Source: an uncultured Oscillospiraceae bacterium
GTDB lineage: Bacteria > Bacillota > Clostridia > Oscillospirales > Oscillospiraceae
NCBI GenBank assembly: GCA_964430345.1
Contig: CAYSFK010000001.1
Span: 7-64,006 of the forward strand
Reading direction: 5' to 3'
Length of the DNA: 64,000 bases
Shown here piece by piece: positions 1-8,179 of this stretch. Both the position numbers and the translations under genes were made by a program. The notes below the pieces were generated by a model, which was given only the letters and a program-made list of their open reading frames with translations, had not been told where the DNA came from and did not search any database. The first letter of the stretch is position 1, and each line of letters starts with the position of its first letter.

Positions 1-423
1 GTCCGCGCCCGGCGCAGCGAGATGAACGTGCCCCCCTCCAAAAAGGCCCACCTGATAATCGCCACAGATAAGAAGGCGGAGTTCGAGGCGGGAGAGGGCT
101 ACATCTGCAAGCTGGCCTATTCCAGCGGCGTCACGGTGCAGGATGCGCCCCCCGAGGGCAGCGAGGGCATGGTGGCCGTGGTCACCGACAACGCAAGGCT
201 GTATATACCCATGAGCGAGCTGGTGGACATCGAGAAGGAGAAGGCCCGGATAAGCAAGGAGCTGGAAAACGCCGAAAAACAGCTGGCCGCCCAGAACGGC
301 AAGCTGGCCAATCAGAACTTCGTGTCAAGGGCCCCGGAGCAGGTGGTAAATCTGGAGCGGGAGAAGAAGGCAAAGCTGGAGGCACTGATAGAAAACCTCA
401 AGCTCAGTCTGGCCAGCCTCTGA
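1..423 (+). CDS. valS: Valyl-tRNA synthetase, C-terminal fragment (5' end lies outside the window)
   Basis: The frame is open from nt 1. The coiled-coil tail (SELVDIEKEKARISKELENAEKQL...NQNFVSRAPEQVV...KLEAL) is typical of the ValRS C-terminus. Confidence 0.8.
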   Translation, partial: VRARRSEMNVPPSKKAHLIIATDKKAEFEAGEGYICKLAYSSGVTVQDAPPEGSEGMVAVVTDNARLYIPMSELVDIEKEKARISKELENAEKQLAAQNGKLANQNFVSRAPEQVVNLEREKKAKLEALIENLKLSLASL

Positions 424-494
424 GCAGGAACCGGGAGATTTTAGCCCGGCCCGCCGGCTTCGACAGCATACGCAAACAGAATATCGTATGATAG

Positions 495-524
495 CGCCGC
501 ATAGTAATATGCGGCGTTATTTCT
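495..524 (+). terminator. Rho-independent terminator after valS
   Basis: Hairpin CGCCGCATA-gtaa-TATGCGGCG followed by TTATTTCT. Confidence 0.6.
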
Positions 525-542
525 ATATTCGGGAGAGTAGAT

Positions 543-857
543 ATGAATATTAGTACCAGCTTCAACTGCGGCAGGCTCACGGTCTTTATGGCCGGGGAGC
601 TTGACCACCATCAGTCCCGCACCGCCATAAGGAACATAGACGAGCTGCTGGACGAGTTTCTGCCCAGAGACTGCGTTCTGGATATGTCCGCCCTGAGCTT
701 CATGGACTCCTCCGGCATCGCCGTCATTATCCGGGTCAGCCGACGCATTAAATCCATGGGCGGACGGGTCTGGATAGAAAACCCCTCCAAGCAGGCCCAG
801 AGGGTCATAGACGCCTCGGGCATAGACCGGCTGGTGCCGGTGGCCATTAACCGATAG
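543..857 (+). CDS. spoIIAA: Anti-sigma-F factor antagonist (STAS domain)
   Basis: 104 aa with a STAS-like sequence (LDMSALSFMDSSGIAVI). It is the first gene of a three-gene set with an anti-sigma kinase and a sigma factor. RBS GGGAGAG lies upstream. Confidence 0.85.
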   Translation: MNISTSFNCGRLTVFMAGELDHHQSRTAIRNIDELLDEFLPRDCVLDMSALSFMDSSGIAVIIRVSRRIKSMGGRVWIENPSKQAQRVIDASGIDRLVPVAINR

Positions 858-869
858 GGGAGGATATTC

Positions 870-1310
870 GTGAAGGAACTGAACTACATAAAGCTGGAGT
901 TTATCAGCAGAAGCAGCAACGAGGCCTTTGCCCGCACGGCGGCGGCCGCTTTCGCCGCCCAGCTTGACCCCACTCTGGAGGAGCTGGGGGATATCAAGAC
1001 AGCGGTATCGGAGGCCGTGACCAACGCCATAGTCCACGCCTATCCTGACAGTATAGGCCGCATAACTATGCGCCTGCGCATACTGGAGGGAAAGCAGCTG
1101 GAGGTCACCGTCCGTGACTGGGGCCGGGGCATAGAGAACGTGGAGCAGGCTATGACGCCGCTATTCAGCACCGGCGGTGAGGACAGGAGCGGCATGGGCT
1201 TTACCATTATGGGCTCCTTTATGGACAGGCTCCGGGTGCGCTCGTCACCGGGGAAGGGCACCACCGTCACCATGCAGCGCTGCATCAGTCCGCGGCTGGG
1301 CGGCAAATGA
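870..1310 (+). CDS. spoIIAB: Anti-sigma-F factor (serine kinase, HATPase_c)
   Basis: 146 aa with the motifs AVSEAVTNAIVHAY and RDWGRGI...GMGFTIM. GTG start preceded by GGGGAGG. The 3' end overlaps the sigma gene (ATGA). Confidence 0.85.
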   Translation: MKELNYIKLEFISRSSNEAFARTAAAAFAAQLDPTLEELGDIKTAVSEAVTNAIVHAYPDSIGRITMRLRILEGKQLEVTVRDWGRGIENVEQAMTPLFSTGGEDRSGMGFTIMGSFMDRLRVRSSPGKGTTVTMQRCISPRLGGK

Positions 1311-2014
1311 GCGGAGAGCTTATCGAGGGCATACGTCTGGCACAGAGCGGCGACAGGGAGGCGGCCGGACGGCTGGTGGAGGAAAACTCCGGGCTTATCT
1401 GGAGCGTGGCAAGGCGCTTTTTCGGCAGAGGGGTGGACGCGGAGGACCTGTTCCAGCTGGGCTGCGTGGGCTTTCTCAAGGCCATAGACGGCTTTGACGA
1501 GAGCTTCGGCACCCGCTTTTCCACCTATGCCGTGCCTAAAATATCCGGGGAGATACGCCGCTTCCTCCGGGACGACGGCGCGGTGAAGGTCAGCCGCAGC
1601 ATCAAGGAGCAGGCGGCTCAGATACGCATGGCCAGGGTTTCTCTGGAGCAGCGGCTGGGCCGGGAGCCTACTCTGGCGGAGCTGTCCAAGGAAATGAGCC
1701 TCAGCCCCGAGGACATAGTATTCGCAGAGACAGCCACCGGCCCCGCCGAGAGCCTCCAGCGGGAGACCGGGGAGGACGGCTTTACTCTTGAGCTGGTGCT
1801 GGGGGACTTTACCGCCGAGGAGCGGCTGGTGGAGCACGTGGCCCTGCGCACGGCAATAGAAAGCCTGCCGCCCAGAGAGCGGCAGGTGGTAGCTTTGCGC
1901 TATTATCACGGTATGACCCAGCAGAGCTGCGCCAGAGTGATGCACGTGTCCCAGGTGCAGATATCCCGGCTTGAGCGCCGGGCCGTGGAGCTGCTGCGGG
2001 AAAAGCTGGAATAA
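1307..2014 (+). CDS. sigF: Sporulation sigma factor F (sigma-70 family, group 3)
   Basis: 235 aa with region 2 (DLFQLGCVGFLKAIDGFD, TYAVPKISGEIRRFLRD) and a region 4 HTH (MTQQSCARVMHVSQVQISRLERRA). It sits downstream of spoIIAA/AB. Confidence 0.85.
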   Translation: MSGELIEGIRLAQSGDREAAGRLVEENSGLIWSVARRFFGRGVDAEDLFQLGCVGFLKAIDGFDESFGTRFSTYAVPKISGEIRRFLRDDGAVKVSRSIKEQAAQIRMARVSLEQRLGREPTLAELSKEMSLSPEDIVFAETATGPAESLQRETGEDGFTLELVLGDFTAEERLVEHVALRTAIESLPPRERQVVALRYYHGMTQQSCARVMHVSQVQISRLERRAVELLREKLE

Positions 2015-2024
2015 CGGCGACACG

Positions 2025-2462
2025 CTACAGCTTCTCGATAACTCCCTTCATGGCGAAGAAGTTTATCGTCATTGTGACAGGCGTGACGATTATTTTGGAT
2101 ATAAGGGCGGCAAAGCGGACTATCAGAGCGACAGCGCAGCGCTGGACGATAAGGGCGTCTATCCACGCCAGCAGTCGGGAGATAAGAAAGATAAGCAGCA
2201 GCTGAAAGCAGATGTATATGAAATACTTCCAGCCCAGCGGTATCTTGTGATTGTCACGAAACACGAAGCGGGTGGAGAACATGAACACGAAGCTGGCGCC
2301 CACCAGAGAGCTGAGCGTATTGACCAGCGCAAGGTCGTCCATTCGCAGACTGAGGATCGTGTACACCGTGAGATCCAGCAGCCAGCCCACGCCGCTGAGG
2401 CCCACGAATTTAACCGCCTGCTTCAGCAGAGACGGCGCCTTCTCCCAGCCCGGGGCGCTCAT
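2025..2462 (-). CDS. GtrA-family membrane protein
   Basis: 145 aa, about 4 TM segments, FVGLSGVGWLLDLTVYTIL motif. Last gene of a five-gene overlapping operon. Confidence 0.7.
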   Translation of the reverse strand: MSAPGWEKAPSLLKQAVKFVGLSGVGWLLDLTVYTILSLRMDDLALVNTLSSLVGASFVFMFSTRFVFRDNHKIPLGWKYFIYICFQLLLIFLISRLLAWIDALIVQRCAVALIVRFAALISKIIVTPVTMTINFFAMKGVIEKL

Positions 2463-3046
2463 ACGCTTTCCTCACATCTGACCACAAAGGTCTGGCAGCC
2501 GCTGGAAAGCGCCGCCTGTACGCCGGGGGCTGAATCCTCGAAGATGACGCAGTTCTCCTTCGGTACGCCGAAGCGTTCAATAACATCGTTGTAGCAGCCG
2601 GGGTCCGGCTTGCTTTTTTTTACGTCCTCCTGGGTGGACACGGCGTCAAACAGGGTGTCCAGAGCAAAGTGACTGAGTATGCGTTGGACGTTGGCCTTGG
2701 AGGCGGTGGTCACCAGAGCGATGTAATAATCGGGCTTTATCGCCGTCAGGATATCCACCAGCCGCCGGTTCACCACGGCGGATTTAAGACACTCGGCGTA
2801 GAGCTCTATCTTGCGGCGGTGCAAGGCCTCTATGACCTCATCGTCGGCGCCGCCGGTCAGGGCGGGAAGGAAGTCCCGATAGGAGCGGCCATCGCAGTTT
2901 CGGGCAAAATAGTCCCGCTCCAGCTCAAAGCCGTACTCGTTCAGCGCGCCCTTGTAGGCCAGATAGTTGGCGTTCAGGGTAAAAACCAGAGTACCGTCCA
3001 GGTCCACCATCGCCAGCTTATTCTTTTTCAAACCAGTCATAGACAT
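2459..3046 (-). CDS. HAD-IA family hydrolase (beta-phosphoglucomutase/phosphatase-like)
   Basis: Motif I is MVDLDGTLV, with later SKPDP and EDSAPGV motifs. It overlaps both neighbours. The exact start is uncertain because internal ATGs exist. Confidence 0.75.
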   Translation of the reverse strand: MSMTGLKKNKLAMVDLDGTLVFTLNANYLAYKGALNEYGFELERDYFARNCDGRSYRDFLPALTGGADDEVIEALHRRKIELYAECLKSAVVNRRLVDILTAIKPDYYIALVTTASKANVQRILSHFALDTLFDAVSTQEDVKKSKPDPGCYNDVIERFGVPKENCVIFEDSAPGVQAALSSGCQTFVVRCEESV

Positions 3047-4940
3047 CGTTCGCCACCATTACCAGCCCCGCGTAAAACATGGGGGCCCGTTTGGGGTCCT
3101 TTCTCAGCTTGTAGGGCATAAGACGCAGCCAGTGTACCAGCTCATGAAAGAACACGCTCTTTACCTCCGCCGGTGAAAAGCTGTTGTTCAGATATTCCCT
3201 CAGCGCGGCAAAGAGCTCGTCATAGGCCGTGGAGCGGGTAAATATGAAATCCACCCTGTTGCCCGCCACCGACACGGCGCTGGTCTTGGTCATGAACTCA
3301 TAGCCGCCGTGGAGGGATTGGAGAAGCTTGGCATAGTCCAGAAATTCCGAGTCGTGGAGGTTGCCGGTATTGGGGTCGATAAGATAGAAGCCGGTGCCGT
3401 CTCCGCCGTCGGTGCAGATAATATTCTCAACGGTCAGATCGCCGTGGATATCGCAGCAGCAGTCCTGTGAAAACACCTCTCTGAGATGCTCCGGGCTGAG
3501 CATAGGCAGCAGCGCGGGCAGATTGCGGTACTCCCGGTGGTTTATCACAAGGGTATCGAAGCCCAAAAGCTCGTGCAGCTCTCTCGAGGCCCGGATAAGC
3601 TCCAGATTTGCGTCTACTTTCAGGGCTATGTATCTGTCGATAATGTCTACGTCCGCCGGTCTGCGGTTGACGGTGTACAGCCCGCCCCGCACAGCGGCCA
3701 GCACAGACAGCAGTACGTCCCGGCTGGCGCAGATGGGGTGGGAGTGGATGAACTGGAACATCCCCACAGCGTCGCTCCTGTAGCGCATATCATAGCAGCA
3801 GTAATCGCTGTTGTGCTCATCGCGGATTATCTCGCACAGGGGCAGAGCGCCGCTGTGGGCCTTGAGCCATATAAGCTGGTCGGCCAGCTTGTCCCCGTCC
3901 TCGCCGAAGGCGTACTTGCGGTAGAATACCTCGTCCCGGTCCATGCAGAGGATGGTGGAGGCATTGGAGCCGGAGGAGCAGTCGGCGATAATGCTGATAT
4001 CCCGATTTATGGATATGAAGCGCTTGATGTGCTCCGGACGCTTTGCGCTGAAATAGTCGTCAAGAAAGCTGAGCTGGTCCGCCTCCTCTATCTGCGGCAG
4101 CACACTCTGATACTGCCCGTCAGGCGCCGCTCCGGGCAGGGGAGCGCTGCGAAAGCGCTTTGACACGGTGAGCAAAAACAGCAGGGCGGGCGGCAGCAGC
4201 AGATACACCGCGATTATCACCTGCTCCCGCAGCACGGCGGAGCTGTACGCCGCCGCCTTAAGCGCGCTCAGGTCAAGGTTCGAGCGGGAGAAAAGGGTTA
4301 TTATTATCTCTACCAGGTCGTATTCGGAGCCGCCGCGGGTCATGAATAAGCCCAGCAGCGCGTAGGACCCGATGTACAGCGCCCACATAAGAACGGTCTC
4401 CAGAAGCACCATCCAGATATTGACCCGCCGGAGGTCCCGGAAGGTATTTATAAGCGACCAGAAAAACCGCTCGGATTTGAGCTTGAGCCTGTCGTTGAAT
4501 ACGGAGCAGGTGACCATGGTCAGCCGCTTTATCCCGGTGGAAAAGCTGCGCACCAGCACGAGCCCCGCCAGTATCACGGCGGTGGCGATGAAGTAGAATC
4601 TGGCGGAGTCCAGCACCAGCGCCCTGTCATCGTAGCTGAAATATATCACAGCGAACAGCACGGTCACCGCCAGTACGTCAAGAAACCTGTCCATAATGAC
4701 CGTAGCCAGAGAAAAGCCCACGCCGTTTTTCATTCTTTTGCCGGAGTAGTAGGCCCTGAAAAGGTCGCCCAGCTTGAAGGGAAGCACAAAATTCAGCGCG
4801 TAGCCCAGACTCATGGCCCGCAGCAGCGTGCCGGTCTGAGGGCATTCATAGAGCTTTATGAAGCGGCTCCAGCGGATAATCTTGATAAAGTGACCGCACA
4901 TGAGCAGAACTATGGAGCACAGCATAAGCGTAAGGTTCAA
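3018..4940 (-). CDS. Fusion protein: N-terminal flippase-like polytopic TM domain (LPG-synthase-TM/UPF0104 type) plus C-terminal APH/choline-kinase-like phosphotransferase
   Basis: 640 aa. The first ~300 aa are multi-TM (RWSRF...LGYALNFVLPFKLGDLFRAYY). The C-terminal part carries the Brenner-type kinase motif DIHGDLTVENII and YLIDPN. Confidence 0.65.
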   Translation of the reverse strand: MNLTLMLCSIVLLMCGHFIKIIRWSRFIKLYECPQTGTLLRAMSLGYALNFVLPFKLGDLFRAYYSGKRMKNGVGFSLATVIMDRFLDVLAVTVLFAVIYFSYDDRALVLDSARFYFIATAVILAGLVLVRSFSTGIKRLTMVTCSVFNDRLKLKSERFFWSLINTFRDLRRVNIWMVLLETVLMWALYIGSYALLGLFMTRGGSEYDLVEIIITLFSRSNLDLSALKAAAYSSAVLREQVIIAVYLLLPPALLFLLTVSKRFRSAPLPGAAPDGQYQSVLPQIEEADQLSFLDDYFSAKRPEHIKRFISINRDISIIADCSSGSNASTILCMDRDEVFYRKYAFGEDGDKLADQLIWLKAHSGALPLCEIIRDEHNSDYCCYDMRYRSDAVGMFQFIHSHPICASRDVLLSVLAAVRGGLYTVNRRPADVDIIDRYIALKVDANLELIRASRELHELLGFDTLVINHREYRNLPALLPMLSPEHLREVFSQDCCCDIHGDLTVENIICTDGGDGTGFYLIDPNTGNLHDSEFLDYAKLLQSLHGGYEFMTKTSAVSVAGNRVDFIFTRSTAYDELFAALREYLNNSFSPAEVKSVFFHELVHWLRLMPYKLRKDPKRAPMFYAGLVMVANDVYDWFEKE

Positions 4941-4941
4941 T

Positions 4942-5682
4942 CTACTCCACCTCTTTTAGCTCGGCGCTCCGGCTGGCCTCATAGTATTCCTCCGGCGTAC
5001 CGAAGGAGATATGCAAATCAGTGTCAAAGCAATGAAGCCGAAGCCCCCGCTCCGCCATTACGTTATATACGCCGCTTACAAAGAACTCCTCATAGCTGCA
5101 CCGGTGAAGATATTCCTCCGCACAGTCGAGAAAGAGGCCGGAGCTTTTGAAATAGTAGGCGCCGCAGATGGCACTGTGACTGACCACCTCCTTTTCCACC
5201 GTACCGCACACTTTCCCGGCTTCGTCAAAGCGGACGTAGCTGAAGCGGGGCTCGCCGGAGGCGAAGGTCAGCAGAGCGCCGTCCGGCCCATCGCAGCAGT
5301 CGCCGCCGCAGAAGTCATAAAAGCCGCGGCTGAGAAACATATGGTCGCAGTCGTTAAAGAGCACAGGGCCGTCGTCCTCAAGGCCTTTTACGCCTTCCAT
5401 ACAGGTCAGCACCGCGCCGGGCAGAACATCAGGAATGACTACTATCCGGGCCTGGGGGTAATACTCCCGGATGGCGGCGTCTATCCCGAAACGCTCCACG
5501 TGCTCCCGGAGCACCACAAAGCTTATATCGGCCAGCTCCACGTATTTCTCCACGGAACGGGCCGCCCAATAGAAGAAGGGCTTGCCCTGAAGGTCGATAA
5601 GGGGCTTGGGCGTTTCAAAGCCGTCATTGAAAAAGCGGCAGCCTCTGCCGCCCATGGGCATGACAAGATGAAGTCCGGGCAT
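4942..5682 (-). CDS. Sugar-/alcohol-phosphate nucleotidylyltransferase (LicC-like)
   Basis: N-terminal signature VMPMGGRGCRF...PKPLI. I chose the ATG at 5682 because GGAGG lies 8 nt upstream; the track ORF begins at a TTG at 5697. Confidence 0.65.
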   Translation of the reverse strand: MPGLHLVMPMGGRGCRFFNDGFETPKPLIDLQGKPFFYWAARSVEKYVELADISFVVLREHVERFGIDAAIREYYPQARIVVIPDVLPGAVLTCMEGVKGLEDDGPVLFNDCDHMFLSRGFYDFCGGDCCDGPDGALLTFASGEPRFSYVRFDEAGKVCGTVEKEVVSHSAICGAYYFKSSGLFLDCAEEYLHRCSYEEFFVSGVYNVMAERGLRLHCFDTDLHISFGTPEEYYEASRSAELKEVE

Positions 5683-5700
5683 ACGCCCCACCTCCAAATA

Positions 5701-6498
5701 TCAGTTTTGGCTGGAAAATATCTTTTGCGCCGTGTAGGCGTCAATTATCCTGTCCCTGTACTCATCGGTAAGCAGGCCCGGCTTATCAGCGATATACCGA
5801 CCCAGCAGCTTCAGCGTCCTGATGGCCTGATTGACCATCTTTACATTGCTTACCTGGTCGTCCTCCCGCCACATTATTGGGAAGAAGCGCAGCCGCTGCC
5901 CCAGCAGCGGGGCGGCAAGGAGCATATAGCAGTTGAACATCAGGTTATCCTTAAAGCGTATGTAATATCGACTCGCCAATGCGCTTACGCGGTACATATT
6001 CAGGCCGGAGCCCAGGTCGTACACCATACGCCCGGCACCCAGGGAAAACAGCAGGTTGTAGACAGTGTTGCCGAAGGTCCTGAACCGGGAGTAGCCCCGG
6101 AGGCTGGAGCCCTTCATAAAGCGCGCGCCCAAAAAACAGTCCCAGTCGGCGTATTGACGCGACCGGAGGTAGGGGAGAAGGTTCGAGATATCGCCCTGAT
6201 CGTCGCCGTGGAGGACCACAACATAGTCAAAGCCGTTATTCAGCGCGTATTCAAAGGCCACCTTATGGGAGCCGCCCAGACCGTAGTTCTCGTCGTTTCT
6301 CAATAGAGTTACCGGCACATCCAGCCTGTTTGCGCCCAGCCAGTCAATGACGGCCCGCTCACCGCCGTCTGTGCTGCGGTTATTGACGACTATGACCTGC
6401 GATATATAACTCGCAGCCTCTCCCTTCAGCTGTGCAAGCACTCTTACTATCTGCTTTTCACAGTTGTACATGGGGATAAACAGCAGTATCCTGTCCAT
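5701..6498 (-). CDS. Family-2 glycosyltransferase (polyprenyl-phosphate glycosyltransferase-like)
   Basis: 265 aa with IPMYNCEKQI...VVNNRSTDG and LHGDDQ (DxD-like). First gene of the operon. Confidence 0.8.
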   Translation of the reverse strand: MDRILLFIPMYNCEKQIVRVLAQLKGEAASYISQVIVVNNRSTDGGERAVIDWLGANRLDVPVTLLRNDENYGLGGSHKVAFEYALNNGFDYVVVLHGDDQGDISNLLPYLRSRQYADWDCFLGARFMKGSSLRGYSRFRTFGNTVYNLLFSLGAGRMVYDLGSGLNMYRVSALASRYYIRFKDNLMFNCYMLLAAPLLGQRLRFFPIMWREDDQVSNVKMVNQAIRTLKLLGRYIADKPGLLTDEYRDRIIDAYTAQKIFSSQN

Positions 6499-6585
6499 GC
6501 GGCACCTCCGAACAAAACTTATACTAAAATAACATATTATCCGCCTGTTTTCAATACAAAGCTGTGCTCCGGCGACCCCGGTGTA

Positions 6586-6614
6586 TTGACTTTGTTTTTC
6601 TCTCAGTGTATTAT
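6586..6614 (+). promoter_or_regulatory. Sigma-A-type promoter for the divergent membrane-protein gene
   Basis: TTGACT, 17 nt, TATTAT. This coincides with the TTG start of the track ORF and argues against that start. Confidence 0.5.
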
Positions 6615-6651
6615 TTTAGCGCTGAGAGAACTGAAACGGAGTAAGGTGTAT

Positions 6652-8130
6652 ATGAGGACTGGTATAATAAAAACAGCCGCCGAGCGGAAGAAAAAGCTTA
6701 TTCTCGCTTCAGCCGCGCTGCTGTATTGGCTGGCTTCCTTTTATCTGGAGCGCTTTGCCTTTACCCCCGGCGCCGCTGCCGGGCGGCTTTTCACCTATAT
6801 CTGCGTGAAGCTGGCGGCACTGGCTGTGATATACGCGCTGCTGCTGTTTTTTACAGACGCGCTCACCGGTTTGCGCGCCAAAACTCCTGCGGCAATGACA
6901 CTTATTTATACGCTGCCGGTGTTCCTGCTGGTGACAGGCTTCTGGTCCGTGACGGACTCCTACCCGCTGACCTACGGAGACCAGTTCAATATCCTCAACG
7001 CCGCGTATGAATACAGCAACATGGGCGGCTTCTTCAACTACATGACCACGGGCTTTTTCATGGTGGCCATGAACATCGTGCCCTCCGGCGCCTTTGCCGT
7101 TATCTTCAAGATATTCGCGGTGAGTCTTGCGGTGGGCTACTGCGTGTTCAGAATGCGCAGGCTTACCGGCTCTGTCTGGTGCTTGCTGCTATACTTGCCG
7201 TTCCTGCTGCCGCCGGGGCTGTACCTGAGCTATAATATCCACCGCTGTCCCATATACGCGCCCTTATACCTGGCCTTCTCCTGTCTGCTTATCTGTGATC
7301 ATATTGAAAAGCGGGAGCTGACACGGGGCAAATTCCTCCTGCTGTGCTTTGTTATCGCCGTTTTGACCCAATGGCGCTCCGAGGGGATATACCTGCTGGT
7401 GCTGGGGCCTATACTGCTTTACGCGGCGTACAGGCCCAAGCTCTCGGCAAGGCAGAAGGCCGCCGCCGCAGCTGTTATGCTGGGGGCGCAGCTCATAGTA
7501 TTCATACCCCAGCGCATGGAGACGGCGGCGTCCGACAGCAGCAAAGACCGCGCGCTGCCGCTGTACGAATACCTGATAACCAACATGGAGCGCAAGGGGC
7601 TGGACAAGGAGAAGAACGCAGCCGACCTTGCCATCATCGACAGATATGTTTCCGTTGACGCAATACACCTGCTGAACGAGGAAAACGGCGATTTTAACTA
7701 CGGGGAGAACCTGATAATATACGGCGGGCTCAGAGAGGGCTCCACGGAGCAGGATAAAGCAAATTTCACCGCGGCGGTGAGGCGGATAGTTCTGAAAAAC
7801 TTCGGCGTGTATCTCCGCACCCAGCTGGGCGCCTGGTCCTACATAACCACGGAGGAGTTCCATGACCGCCGCATGGATGAGATCTCAAACATATTCCAGA
7901 ACCTGTATGTGCCTACCGCGTGGCTGCTGGCGCTGTGGATATACACGCTGGTGAAAAAGAAGTGGTGCCTGTGGTTCATGACCAGCGCGCACCTGGGGCA
8001 TATGCTCATAACCACGGCGCTGCTGCCGGCCTCGTACTTCAAATACTACTACTCCGAGTATCTCTACGCTATATTTACAGCGCTGCTGTGTCTGTTGCTG
8101 TTTATCAAGGGCAGGAAAGAAAGAGCATAA
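6652..8130 (+). CDS. Large polytopic membrane protein, possibly a GT-C/GtrC-like glycan-modifying enzyme
   Basis: About 492 aa from the ATG at 6652 (RBS GGAGTAAGG). It has many TM segments plus one soluble loop. The function is inferred only from its divergent position next to the GT2/GtrA operon. Confidence 0.45.
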   Translation: MRTGIIKTAAERKKKLILASAALLYWLASFYLERFAFTPGAAAGRLFTYICVKLAALAVIYALLLFFTDALTGLRAKTPAAMTLIYTLPVFLLVTGFWSVTDSYPLTYGDQFNILNAAYEYSNMGGFFNYMTTGFFMVAMNIVPSGAFAVIFKIFAVSLAVGYCVFRMRRLTGSVWCLLLYLPFLLPPGLYLSYNIHRCPIYAPLYLAFSCLLICDHIEKRELTRGKFLLLCFVIAVLTQWRSEGIYLLVLGPILLYAAYRPKLSARQKAAAAAVMLGAQLIVFIPQRMETAASDSSKDRALPLYEYLITNMERKGLDKEKNAADLAIIDRYVSVDAIHLLNEENGDFNYGENLIIYGGLREGSTEQDKANFTAAVRRIVLKNFGVYLRTQLGAWSYITTEEFHDRRMDEISNIFQNLYVPTAWLLALWIYTLVKKKWCLWFMTSAHLGHMLITTALLPASYFKYYYSEYLYAIFTALLCLLLFIKGRKERA

Positions 8131-8136
8131 AAAACG

Positions 8137-8168
8137 CGGCGATGTGAGCCTTAAGGCCCCCATCGCCG
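8137..8168. terminator. Hairpin between convergent genes (bidirectional terminator candidate)
   Basis: CGGCGATG, 16-nt loop, CATCGCCG, with T-rich sequence after it. Confidence 0.45.
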
Positions 8169-8179
8169 TGTTATTATTC

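Noticed and set aside
6586-6651. Upstream alternative starts given by the ORF track: TTG 6586 (membrane protein), GTG 49720 (MBOAT), GTG 44357 (GntR), TTG 5697, GTG 29908 and TTG 55212.
   Set aside because: In each case the alternative start coincides with, or lies upstream of, a good promoter hexamer pair, or it directly abuts the Shine-Dalgarno. A downstream in-frame start with proper RBS spacing gives a family-typical N-terminus.
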